Assembly: GCA_020184695.1 (NCBI GenBank)
Contig: JAANOX010000037.1
Location: forward strand, 186,001-250,000
Direction: 5' to 3'
From: Histomonas meleagridis 2922-C6/04-290x
Lineage: Eukaryota > Protista > Parabasalia
DNA length: 64,000 nucleotides
Below are positions 47,126-59,749 of this stretch, one piece after another. The translations under genes were made by a program, and so were the position numbers. Below the pieces are notes generated by a model that had not been told where the DNA came from, searched no databases, and saw only the letters and a list, made by a program, of their open reading frames with translations. Each line of letters opens with the position of its first letter. Position 1 is the stretch's first letter.

Positions 47126-48429
47126 ATGACAAATCACATGCTTAATGTTGGTACCACAACCCCAAACACAGGAGAGAAAAAATTGGATTCTTTGTCAACA
47201 TGTCTGAAATCCTTAATTGAGCTTGAGAAAACTATATTCAGTTTAAATGAAGAAAACTCCCAGGTTTCAGCTAAAAAAGTAATGGAATTATTTGACTCAA
47301 ATTTTCCTTATACATTTAACACTATTATAAGTAACATAATTTATAATGCATTTTCATCACGAAAGCATGCATTTGAGATTTACATAAATTTTTTAAAAAC
47401 ACTTGAAATGAAAGAAGAAGAAATTAATCAAAATAACGTTAAACTAATTTCAATTTTTATCAAACGTATATCTCAAATGAACACACAAGATCATATTACT
47501 TAATCGAGAAACTAATTGAACAAAATTTAATTGATAAAAACATCACTAAAAATATTCATTCAAAATATTTTGCACATTATAAAACAGAAAAAGAAAACCA
47601 AAACCAAACCAGTATGCAATTTAGATCGAATGAAAATGATCCAATAGAAAAATACTTTTTGGATAATTATGAAGAATTATCAAAGAATGATTGGGAACTT
47701 CACAAAGAATTAATTAAAGAAGGAAATAATCCAAATGAAATTGCGACAATAATTCGAAATGATGAAATAGGAAAACTTCAAGAAATATCATCACAAACAA
47801 AATTTGATTTTAACCAAACAATCGAACCATCACTTTATGAAAGATGTTCATTCATTAATAAGGATGATGTTACATTAATTGATTATGCAGCATATTTCGG
47901 ATCTGTTAAATGTTTAAAATATTTACTTATGAATAATGCAAATGTATTAAATACGGGTAAATATGCGATTGTAGGTGGAAATGAAGAAATCATTCATTTA
48001 TGTGAACAGAATCATTCATCATTTGAAGGTGCATATGAAGCAGCAATTGAATATCATCAAAATGATATCTTTAAATACATTTATGAAAATAAATTAGAAA
48101 AAATACAATCAATACCGAAAATGTCTGAAGATAAAACTAATGATTTGATAAGTTTTTGTATTAAAAAAGATAATTATGAAATTTTAGCATTTTTTGAAAA
48201 AAAAGGAATTAATGTTAATGCTTATAATATAAATGAATCAGCAAGAAATGGAAATTTATATCTCTTGAAATATTTCCTTCAAAATAATCAAATTCCAAAA
48301 AATATTTTAGTTTTTGCTTCAGAATCAGGAAATGTTGAACTTGTGAAATATGTTTTAGAACAAAAAGGAATTGATGTTAATGCAATTAGTGTTCATTTGA
48401 ATAATTTTATATATGTTTTAATAATTTAG
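47126..48429 (+). CDS. DUF3447-ankyrin head of locus E, one apparent 1-nt deletion near 47490
   Basis: Inserting one A (caaga[a]tca) joins ORFs 47108 and 47614 through QESYYLIEKLIEQNLID, matching paralogue QESFYLIEQMIEHNLID. Confidence 0.85.
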
Positions 48430-49425
48430 AATATGTTTTAATAATTTTTAATATGTTTTAATAATTTGAAACAGCACTTCATATTGCAGTTAGAAGTAAT
48501 TATATAGAAATAGTAAAACTACTTTTAGATAAAGGAATTGATGTTAATACAAAAAATATTCATTTTAATAATTTATAATATGTTTTAATAATTTTATATA
48601 TGTTTTAATAATTTGAAATATGTTTTAAACATTTGCAACAGCACTTCATATAGCAGTTAATAATAATAATAATATAGAAATAGTAAAACTACTTTTAGAT
48701 AAAGGAATTGATGTTAATGCAAAAAATATTCATTTGGATAATATGAAATATGTTTTAATAATTTGAAACAGCACTTCATATAGCAGTTAATAATAATAAT
48801 AATATAGAAATAGTAAAACTACTTTTAGATAAAGGAATTGATGTTAATGCAAAAAATATTCATTTGAATAATATGAAATATGTTTTAATAATTTGAAACA
48901 GCACTTCATATAGCAGTTAGAAATAATAATATAGAAATAGTAAAATTACTTTTAGATAAAGGAATTGATGTTAATGCAAAAACTATTCATTTGAATAATT
49001 TGAAATATGTTTTAATAATTTAAAATATGTTTTAATAATTTGAAACAGCACTTCATATAGCAGTTAGAAGTAATTATATAGAAATCGTAAAATTACTTTT
49101 AGATAAAGGAATTGATGTTAATGCAAAAACTATTCATTTGAATGATTTTGGATATGTTTTAATAATTTGAAATATGTTTTAAACATTTGCAACAGCACTT
49201 CATATAGCAGTTAGAAATAATAATATAGAAATCGTAAAATTACTTTTAGATAAAGGAATTGATGTTAAAGCAAAAACTATTCATTTGAATAATTTGAAAT
49301 ATGTTTTAATAATTTTATATATGTTTTAATAATATTTGGAAGCACTTCAAATTGCACAACAAAAAGGATACACAGAAATAGTAAATTTACTACGAGAAAA
49401 AAGTACTAACGAAAATTCTAATTAA
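48391..49425 (+). repeat. Locus E ankyrin cassette array (7 cassettes) with 20-nt-unit inserts
   Basis: Inserts of 68, 68, 28, 28, 48, 48, 48 nt built from aataatttgaaatatgtttt. Terminal cassette EALQIAQQKGYTEIVNLLREK.., stop 49425. Confidence 0.92.
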
Positions 49426-49599
49426 AAAACTTTTTATATAAACATCAAATCTTCATTTTTATTAAGAAATGGAAATGAAGCATAAATTGCTAATAATTAA
49501 AATCACTCCTAAGACCAATTGTGCGCAGAAAACAATATAAAGAAAAACGCCAACAAAAGAAGTGTTGGCAACAACATAACAAAGTTCATTTTTTATAAT

Positions 49600-49735
49600 A
49601 ATCGCTTTGATTTTTTTTTTCTTCATAAATCCATTTAAAGACATCATTTCGATGGAATTCAATTGCCTTTTTATACACATCTTCAAATGATGATTTTGCT
49701 CACACAAATAAATGATTTCTTCAATTCAACCTTAA
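49600..49735 (-). pseudogene. Isolated DUF3447-ankyrin fragment
   Basis: EEIIYLCEQNH / SFEDVYKKAIEFHRNDVFKWIYEEK with a frameshift. Confidence 0.65.
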
Positions 49736-50957
49736 ATATTTGTTGAATGATTTATATGAAATAATGAAAAATAGAAAAAGAGTTTATTTTCATCTTCTCA
49801 TTTGATTTTGAATAAAAAATTCAAGTATTTATAATCCATATGATAGGTATGATCTAACGATATTTTATTGTAACAAATCAAAATGTTTTTAAAATGTTGC
49901 AACGAAAATGTCTAACAAAAAACTTTTATAGTTCAAGAGAAATCAATAGTTTGATAGATATCAAAAAAAATGGGTAGACTGAACTATACCCGAAAAAAAT
50001 ACGTTATTTACGATAGAGAACGATAGACATTTTAAGGTAAAAATGATCGTTCGAAAAAATTTGAAAAAAATGATTTTTGGCAGGCGTTGTAAAATTTTAT
50101 ATTCAATACAACCGTTTACATTAAATTTACAACCACGTAAAATTATCAAAAAGTGAAATAGAGAATCAAAAAGTTAATGTGATTTAACGTTCTCTGCAAG
50201 TTTTGCATAAATTGCCTAAGAAGTGTGAACCTTTGTTGATAATTCGAGTTTAATGTTTTCTATTTCTTCTAAAATTCACCAAGGTTTCAATCGAAATCAT
50301 TGTTTAATAATTTATCAGATTTTTCTAGAAAAATTTACCAAATTTAATTTAATTTTTCCATCATGGAAATCCCATGGAATTTTTTAACCATATAGCTATA
50401 TAAATGGGTAGAGGTTTTAAATTTTTTTTTAATTCGTGGATACTTAATATATTTAAATAGAGAACCGATCTAAGCACATACATCTAATGATGCCCAATTT
50501 TCGGGGTGACCCCAGGTTGACGATATATATACGATATGACTTATTGAATTATAATAATTTTTCATTTTAATATGAATTATTAAAACTTACCTACAAAATA
50601 AAACAAATTTAATTAAAAAGCCAAAATAAATGGAACGAAAACAAAATATAAACTTTTATTTATTAATCATTTCATCAACATTAATGTATTATTTGAATCG
50701 AAGTTTTCATACTACATCACAATATCCATTCATTCCTTGGGCTAATAATAATGGAGACTTAAGTAAACTCATGAATAAAACCGGGGGTAATTCAGAAAAA
50801 AAAAATATGAATAAAGCCATGAACACATTTTCTATATGAATTACTATATCAGGTATTGATGAAATTTTTATATATTCCTAATAACACAGCGTTAATAATC
50901 ATTTGGAAAATATTATAAACCGTTTACTCTTCGAACAAAGCTTCTCAATTCTTAAAC

Positions 50958-52088
50958 ATGAATCTGGATTATCTCCAGACAACCCACACATTCCATGTCG
51001 AAAGAATTATGGACTATCTTTCACACAGCCTTCCAATGTGTGCGCTTCACCAAACCAGGACCATCATTTTCTTCTGTTATCTTTTTGCCGTTCTTATTGA
51101 ATTTCTTCTTTATCCACCTTATTCAATTGGCAGTACACCATTTGACACAACCACATTACTCCTTCCTATCATCATTGTCATAGTTCTTCATTTGTTATTG
51201 ACAATTTGTTATCTTTTTGGTGCTTTATTTGAACGCGCCTCATGCAAAACAGGTTTTGGTCTAATCTTTTTATTACATGCTCCAGTGCCTTTAGTTCTTG
51301 TCATAGGTGTCATAATAATTATCAATGAAGATTCACCAAATTATTATTTTGACATTTCCATTCTCGCTTCTATTGGCGTCTTTTTAGACTTTATCTGTGG
51401 AATTATCTCCCGTCCATCCCAAAAAGTAATCCTTACCTTTGAAATAATTGCAATTTTCCCAAGTTCATTATTATTTTCTTTATATTCCAAAAACGTCATT
51501 GACAAGGTCTGGATTCCATTTATCCCACCCTTCGCTTACATTGCTCTCTATTTTATATCGCTTTTATTCTTATCTCCATCATGTGGCGCATTTGGCACAT
51601 GCATGCGAAAATTCTTTTCTGACCCCGAAATATCTGCGGAGTTCCAAGCGTCTGCGGATCCGCAGCTAAAACCCTTTAAGACTCGACCCGATTGGAATGA
51701 TGAAGCTGACATCATCGGAAGCGATCGCCAGAACAAAAGAGAACGAAACTCGCGTTGGTCGCGTGCTCAAGACCCCGAGAAGACCACTCGATTTCCATCT
51801 CGAGCTGATTTCCAATTGTATAATATCGATGCGACACCCGAAAATCCGATATATTTAGCGTCACCATTACCTATGCTGGCGATAGCAATTGTGCTTGCTG
51901 TGTGTTTGGTGCATTGTATTTCGCCAATTGGTAATTTTTATTTTTATTTGTTCGCTACTGTTGTGCTCTTAGTGTTGGCTGTGCTGTTAAACACGAGGGC
52001 TACGGCATGCAGCTTTTTGGCATTTACAAATCTGGATGATAAATGCGTGGATATATTATGGGATCATCCAAGTTTGTCAATTTTGTAA
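50958..52088 (+). CDS. Polytopic membrane protein, unknown function
   Basis: About 6+2 hydrophobic helices with a soluble loop; start may be ATG 51009. Confidence 0.7.
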   Translation: MNLDYLQTTHTFHVERIMDYLSHSLPMCALHQTRTIIFFCYLFAVLIEFLLYPPYSIGSTPFDTTTLLLPIIIVIVLHLLLTICYLFGALFERASCKTGFGLIFLLHAPVPLVLVIGVIIIINEDSPNYYFDISILASIGVFLDFICGIISRPSQKVILTFEIIAIFPSSLLFSLYSKNVIDKVWIPFIPPFAYIALYFISLLFLSPSCGAFGTCMRKFFSDPEISAEFQASADPQLKPFKTRPDWNDEADIIGSDRQNKRERNSRWSRAQDPEKTTRFPSRADFQLYNIDATPENPIYLASPLPMLAIAIVLAVCLVHCISPIGNFYFYLFATVVLLVLAVLLNTRATACSFLAFTNLDDKCVDILWDHPSLSIL

Positions 52089-52546
52089 ATAAAAAATAAT
52101 GTTTGAGAAAAGAGTTTCGTATTTTGGTTTTATGCGCAAAGGAACATGAATCTTATATAGAGAATGCTGAAATTAAAATCATAAAAAACATTGTTTTATT
52201 TATGAGTATTATCATCTACTTTTGATTGTTCAATAAGTACTAAGTAATGCTCATAGTGAAACAAGCGCAAATCATAAAAACATTTGGTACAAATTAGATG
52301 AAATATGTTAATTGCAGATTTGTTAGAAAGTTTTAACTTGACTCTTAATTAGTTTGTGCATCGGTTGTACATGTATTTTTGATACTTTGATTTAGCTAGA
52401 AATGCGGAAGGTGAGCTCAGGTCAGACTTTACATAATTTTTAAAATTTGTTTGAATATTCAGTCATACGACTTTCAATTTTTGAATACGGAGATAAAATT
52501 TGTGAACTTTATTTATTGCTTCTTCTCGCTTCATTTTTTTGTTGAA

Positions 52547-52732
52547 ATGTCTGAAGTTAATCACTTAAGCAGTGTCAAAAGGTTAAACCCTGTTGAAGCA
52601 CCATCATATGAACAAAAGGAAAGTTTCTTGGGTTTTGGAATCGATACATTTGTTCCAAGCATTTCTCAACCTCAGATGATCCAAAGCATTCCAGATGAAT
52701 ATTTAAATGCTGATCGGGAATATGGCGTCTAA
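52547..52732 (+). CDS. Small hypothetical protein
   Basis: 61 aa from ATG 52547 with gene-like composition. Confidence 0.35.
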   Translation: MSEVNHLSSVKRLNPVEAPSYEQKESFLGFGIDTFVPSISQPQMIQSIPDEYLNADREYGV

Positions 52733-53039
52733 AATAACTAAATAAAACATAGAAATAAAATCGAAATCCGAATTTAAAAAAGTTGAAAGCACATTATTCC
52801 GAATTACTCTTAATCAATGTTATTATTTTTGGAGAAATATAAATTTTTATTGTAATATTTTAAAAAAAAATATAAGTCAAGTCTTTAATTTTTTATGAAG
52901 CTTACTTCTTTTTGAGCATTTTTTATTATATATGAATTGATTAGATTAAATACTTTATTCGTTGAAACCGATAAATACATAGAGAAAAAGTGGTGAAATG
53001 TTCATTCAATATTTAATGGGTTAAAATGACAGCACGTAA

Positions 53040-53396
<357 letters not shown>

Positions 53397-53454
53397 AGAA
53401 TTTTTTTGTCAACTTTTTATTGATCTCTTGCTGAAAAGAGAACGTTAGCATTCA

Positions 53455-54906
53455 ATGAGAGCAAGCGAAGACGACCCTTTATCATTTTTCTCATCTATAA
53501 CAGAAGATTCCATATTATCAACTTCTTCAGATTCAAACCAATTTTATTCTGCCCTTTTTGAATATGCTCAAGGAAATTCTCCAAACATTTTATGGGACAT
53601 TGGAATTCCACCATTTAAATCACTTGACTCATTCAAGCTTTTCATCACAAATACGCCATTTACAACTCAAGAAGACATTTTTATTTTTGAACCCACAATC
53701 ATTCTTTCTACTTATGAAAATTTTCATTATATAGCTATTTACACACAACTATTCGACATTGAAGCACGAGGATTTTCTCGTTCAATTTCATTTGTAGTTG
53801 TTCATCAATCAAATGATTTTATTCAAAATGTCTATCACACACATCTTGCTAAAATGACAGATTTGGTCAAATCTCTCCAACGTAAAACCCTTGAATCTGC
53901 TCCTCATGACTTATCTTTGTATGCTCTTAGTCTTGAGAAAACCAATGAAATTCATCTTGAACCACAATTAGAATCAAAACTTAATGAACTTCAATTATAT
54001 CTCAAAGTTTTTAATGTTGAAGTAGATAGAACACTTTCATCTGAGCCCAAAGATATCACATATTTTACATTAATTCGTAATGATCTTCGCTCCATATTTG
54101 ACATCACCAATTTCACTGGTGAATTCTCGAAACTTTTTGAGGACTTTTTTATCGAAATTTCCAATTTGCCATATGACGATAACGTCTTAACGTTCGGCGA
54201 TTATCAAGAATCTAATCCCAAAATATCATTTGGAGCTGATGAATTCCCATTATTTATATCACAAATCAAGTCATTTGAAGACGAAGAAAAATTATCTGAA
54301 GCTGATGAGTTAATATTTGATTCAATTTTTCGAAGTGAAATATTTTATCATTGTTCTTTTTCTATACTTTCAGGAAGAACACTTATTATCTTATCCAAAA
54401 ATCGAAAACTTTCGAATTATATATGTAAACGATTTTCAATTTGTATTCCATTTTATAAAGATAATTACATACGAATCGTAACAAAAGAAATTTCTTTGCT
54501 CGAAAGTATTAAATATTCAATTGTCATCGCTGAGGAATTAATTGAGGATAATAATAAAGTCAAAATTAATGTTTTGGATTTGGATAATCGAATATATAAA
54601 GGTGAAAAATGTCCGATTTTTTCGTTTATTCGGAAATTGGATGTAAGTAATAATAAGTTTTCTTATAATATATTTTTTAAAAATTTGTTTTTGAAATTGA
54701 AAACGCAGTCGTTTAACTTGATTATGAAATTGGCCGAATTGGGCGATCAAAGAAAAGAGAAAATTTTTAAGCCCGAAAATGGTCTGTCGAAAGATGACGA
54801 ACCTGTGTATAGGTATTGGATTCTGTCGTATTTTAACAAGCATAAACTGAGGCCTGTTTTCAATTTGGGATTTGATGAAACAAAATTTGACGAAGAAATG
54901 TTTTAA
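53455..54906 (+). CDS. Folliculin/SMCR8-like longin-DENN protein
   Basis: LFDIEARGFSRSISFV motif; later DENN-like ILSGRTLII segment. Confidence 0.65.
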   Translation: MRASEDDPLSFFSSITEDSILSTSSDSNQFYSALFEYAQGNSPNILWDIGIPPFKSLDSFKLFITNTPFTTQEDIFIFEPTIILSTYENFHYIAIYTQLFDIEARGFSRSISFVVVHQSNDFIQNVYHTHLAKMTDLVKSLQRKTLESAPHDLSLYALSLEKTNEIHLEPQLESKLNELQLYLKVFNVEVDRTLSSEPKDITYFTLIRNDLRSIFDITNFTGEFSKLFEDFFIEISNLPYDDNVLTFGDYQESNPKISFGADEFPLFISQIKSFEDEEKLSEADELIFDSIFRSEIFYHCSFSILSGRTLIILSKNRKLSNYICKRFSICIPFYKDNYIRIVTKEISLLESIKYSIVIAEELIEDNNKVKINVLDLDNRIYKGEKCPIFSFIRKLDVSNNKFSYNIFFKNLFLKLKTQSFNLIMKLAELGDQRKEKIFKPENGLSKDDEPVYRYWILSYFNKHKLRPVFNLGFDETKFDEEMF

Positions 54907-55216
54907 ATAAATACTTAAATTAATAAAAATGTAATATATTATCTTTTATTTTTCGTGTTGAATGCAAAAATATTTTAAATGTTAATATATATTGCAATCA
55001 TAAACTTTTAAATAAATATCAGCCATGAAAAAGGTAGTGCTTCATCATAGCAAACAATAATTTGGTGAAAACAATTTAAATGGTATTCATTTGATCTAAT
55101 TTTATTCAAGAAAAAAAGTGTGGAATAATATATATTAAAATTGGAAATTATGTTTATTGCTTAAAGAATCTCAACGATTACCCGTGTATCTTATAATATC
55201 TTGTGATTTGGGCTTA

Positions 55217-57859
55217 TTATTGAAAACTTTTAATAAATACCGAATCATTAAAATGAACATTTTTTCGTTTATTAGCTGCGTTTTGAGTTAAAAGAGTCAT
55301 AATTTCAAAATTAATATCGAATGCCAATGATATTGCTGTTTTAAGTAATTTAGCGAAACATAAAATTATATTTTTATACATTAATATATGACAATAAATA
55401 TCAAATATATAAAATATATATCATTCACATTAAGATTATTATTGTCAAGAATTAATTTGACCATATCAACGTTATTTGCTAAAATTGAGTATTTTAATGA
55501 TGTTTTAAATGTTTTAAATATGTTCCAAATTTTATCATAATACATCATATGAATGAAATATACATTAAACAATATATATAAATATCTTGAACATTTACAT
55601 CAACTTCTTCTTGTTCAAGAAGTTTCCTTACGATATCAATTTTATTATTTTCTGTTGCATGTATAAGCGCTGTTTTAAATACAACAAATAATTTCCAAAT
55701 ATAAATTATTAATATTAAATAATTAAAATAAATATTAAATTTTTTAACAAAATATCTTTAATATTGTAATCGATTCCTTGTTGTTCAATAAGCAATTGAA
55801 CTATATCAGCATTTCCTTTTTCAGATGCATAAATAAGTGCAGTCTTAAATAATTTGATCAAATTCCAAATATCTTTTACGAATATTAAATTATAAAAATA
55901 AAATTTAAGCATAATAAACAAATATCCTGAATGTTTAGATCAAATCCATTTTTACTAAGAATTAATCGAACAAAATTAACATTATTATTTTTAGATGCAA
56001 TGATAAGAAATGTTTCGAATAAAATGATAAAATTCCAAAAACAAATAAGAAACATTAAATAATGTAATAAAACGTTATATAAAACTTAAAAATATTTTTG
56101 TCATTAATATTAAAATCAGCTCGATTAAGAAGTAAATTGGCGATTTCCTTATTACCATTTTGAAACGCATACATAAGAGCATTATTAAATTCACAAAATA
56201 ATTTCCAAATTTTATTTATAAACACTAAAATATTGAAATATACTAAAAAAATGTTGAAGAAATATCTTTAGCATTTACATCAATTGATTTTTGTTCAAGA
56301 AGTAACTTAACAATATCAACATAAGATTTTTCTACTGCAAATGAAAGTGAAGTTTTAAATGATTAAAATAATTTCCAAATATAATAATGAAACAACAAGA
56401 AAATAAATCAAACTGAATTTATAATAAATTAACATCTTTTGCATTAACACCAATATCTTTAAGTTCAAGAAGTAATTTAACTATATCCAAATGTCCATTA
56501 GAAGATGCAAGTATTAAAGAAGAATTAAAAAACATCAATAAATTATATAAATAATAAATAAACATATCGAAATAAATTGATGAAACATTAGAAATGTGAT
56601 CAACGCCTCCATACATAAGTAATAAATCAACAATTTCTATATGTCCATTTTGTGCTGCATTCATTATTGGAGTTTCAAATTGTTTAAATAATTTCCATAT
56701 TTAAATAAATTTAAAAGACTTCAATACTAATGTTAATATCGATGTTTCTTTTTAAAAGTAAATAAACAATTTCAGTTTCGCCAATTTTAGATGCACTTAA
56801 AAGTAGTTTTTTGTATTATTTGAATAAATACTAAAAAATTAAAAAAACATATATAAAATAACTCAAATTAACGATATCCAGTTCTAATTTCTTATGTTTA
56901 AGGAGTAATTTGATTACATCATAATGATTATTATCAAATGCCATCATAAGTGCTGTTTTATATCAATTAAATAAATTCCAAATATTAAAACGAAATTTTA
57001 AATTGGTTAAATATACTCTTTACATAATAAAAGAATATCACGAGCATTAACATTAACACATTTAGATTGAAGGAGTAATTTAACAATCTCAATATGTCCT
57101 TCTTTAGAAGCTAACATTAATGGTGTAATAAATTTGATAATTAAATTCCAAAAATTATTTAAAAATTTGAAATTTTGAAAACATACATTAAAAATTAGCA
57201 AATTAATATTAAATTAATGAAACAAATAGCAAATAAAAGTAACTAATATCAACGTTGTTAATATTACAGGATTTTTGAATTATTAATAATTTAATTACTT
57301 CAAGATGTCCATATTCTGCTGCGTAACAAATTGCTGTTTTAAATAATTTCAACAATTTTCAAATTCGGTATTTAAATTGCAAATCATTAAAACAAACTCC
57401 AATAACTTAAAATTAATATCAACCGCATTTAAATTAACATTTTCTTCATTCAGAAGTAATTCAACAATTTCAGAATAGCCATTTAAAGATGCTAATATAA
57501 GTGGTGTCCGAAAAAGTTTAAATAAATTTTAAAAATTCTATTCAAACATCAAATTAAATGAATAAACAGAAATTATATATAATAAACATTATTATAATTT
57601 ACTTCAATTTTTGGATGCTCAAGAAGTAATTTAACAATTTCAGTATTCCCATTCTCACAAGCAAACATAAGTGCTGAATAAACCTGAGCAACTGTAGCAT
57701 TAATATTAACGTTCTTTCTTGTAATTAGCAATTTTAATATTTCGGCTAAACCATTAATTGAAGCAGCCATAATTGCAGAACGAAATAACACAATGAAATT
57801 AAAAATTTTATTTTAAAACTTGGAATAAATGAAATTATCATTAAATCAACAGAACAAAT
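55217..57859 (-). repeat. Locus F ankyrin cassette array (16 cassettes, one insert-free junction)
   Basis: Periods 102, 170, 170, 211, 170, 147, 136, 150, 170x6, 164. Terminal cassette stops at 55217. Confidence 0.9.
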
Positions 57860-59044
57860 ATCTTTGGACTCATTTTTAATTCCTTTATTTCTAAGAATAT
57901 ATTTCACAAGATCAACATTAGTTGATAATACAGCACTAAGCAAATTCAAGTCATCAATTTTTTGATCATTTTCATAAAAATATTTTGTTAAGAAAAGATT
58001 TCCAATTTTTGATGTTTCGTTAATAGATATTTTGTTTATTATATTATTTTTTAATAAATATGATAAAATTGTATAATTGGAATTAGAGATACAAATATTT
58101 ACTATTGAATCATTAATTGGACCTCCTAAACGACTTTCATAAATTTGTTTAAATAAATCATTTTTATGGAGTTGAATTACTGTTTCATATGTTCCTATAT
58201 AAGGCGAATTGTTTTGTTTGCATAAATTAATTATTTCTTCATTGCCGCCTGCAATTGCGTACTTAATTGTTTTAATTTTTGAATTTTTCGAAAGTAAATA
58301 TTGGAAACATTTAATTGATCCAAAAAATGCTGCATAATCAATTAATGTAACATCATCCTTATTAATGAATGAACATCTTTCATAAAGTGATGGTTCAATT
58401 GTTTGATTAAAATCGAAAAATGTTTGTGATGATATTTCTTGAAGTTTTCCTATTTCATCATTTCGAATTATTGTCGCAATTTCATTTGGATTATGTCCTT
58501 CTTTAACATATTTTTTATGAAGTTCCCAATCATTCTTTGATAGTGCTTCAATGTTTCCAAAGAAAGAATTCCAAAACGTATTGATTTTGTACCTTTTGTC
58601 AAATGTAATTTCGGGTCTTTTCTCATATTGCGCAAAATAAATACTCTTCTTAAACTTTGCAATTCTCGGCTCAATTAAATTTCGCTCAATCATCTTTTCA
58701 AGAAGGAAATTCGATTCTTGTGATTTATCAATTGCAAGAATTTTAGAAAAGTCATTAATTATATTGAGTTTTTTGGATGTAAGATCTTTTTCGATCTCTT
58801 CAATCAATTTTAAGACTTTAAAAATAAGCTCATAATCATTTGGATGTGCTTTAAAGCAAGAAAAAATTAAATTACATATCGTTACATTAAAAGTATTTGG
58901 ATATAAATTATCAAAAAAATTCGATAATGATGTAACTGATAAATCAACATTTTCTTTATTTAAGTTAAAAATAATTTCTTCAAGTGAAATTAAGTCAGAT
59001 AAACATTTTGGATTGGGAGTGGTCATGTTGTTGGAAGTGGCCAT
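57746..59044 (-). CDS. DUF3447-ankyrin protein, head ORF of locus F
   Basis: DUF3447 signature; ORF runs out of frame after NESKDIC. Confidence 0.9.
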   Translation of the reverse strand: MATSNNMTTPNPKCLSDLISLEEIIFNLNKENVDLSVTSLSNFFDNLYPNTFNVTICNLIFSCFKAHPNDYELIFKVLKLIEEIEKDLTSKKLNIINDFSKILAIDKSQESNFLLEKMIERNLIEPRIAKFKKSIYFAQYEKRPEITFDKRYKINTFWNSFFGNIEALSKNDWELHKKYVKEGHNPNEIATIIRNDEIGKLQEISSQTFFDFNQTIEPSLYERCSFINKDDVTLIDYAAFFGSIKCFQYLLSKNSKIKTIKYAIAGGNEEIINLCKQNNSPYIGTYETVIQLHKNDLFKQIYESRLGGPINDSIVNICISNSNYTILSYLLKNNIINKISINETSKIGNLFLTKYFYENDQKIDDLNLLSAVLSTNVDLVKYILRNKGIKNESKDICSVDLMIISFIPSFKIKFLISLCYFVLQLWLLQLMV

Positions 59045-59749
59045 TTCCAGGATTATTTGGCATTTTTTTCAAGCGGCTATAGTTCTTTCCAGGATTGAAT
59101 ACCTTATACTAAAATTGACGGGCTTGTACCATTTTTAGATTATAAGAATTTTATCTTCGACTTTAATTCAAATTAAAGATATCAAGAATTATTTATTTTT
59201 ATTAATATGAATCAATGTTTTTCCTATTCTTTAATCTAGTTATTAAATTTAATAACTCATTTTTCTATTAGTGTAGTTAAATAATTTCAGACTTAAATTT
59301 TTAGCATTCTACTTAGCATCATTATAGTATGAAAGTGATATTATTCTACAATTTATTTAAAAATCAATGTTAATTTTGCAAACTGCATTTCTATATATGC
59401 ATGGCCCATATTTGTTTATATCTAATAAGCTTTACCTGCATACTTAAATTTCCAGATTCAAATTTGGAATTTATCAATATTAAAATTTTCAAGGATTTAG
59501 ATCCAGAAAAAAAAATTCATTGTGCACTGATATCAAATTCATTAGTATGTTATTACAAATGCTTTTTATTTTTCATATTTTTTCTCTTTATTTCGTCGAT
59601 TATCTTTGTGCTTGGTGTACCAACGATGATTTTTTTGGGCATCTTTTTGAATATCTAATTATCGGTAGATTTAATTTTCTGTGTAGTTATAACTCCTCAT
59701 TGAATTTTGAAGGTGCTTTTGGTAGTCCTCAATCACTTCATATCTTTCC

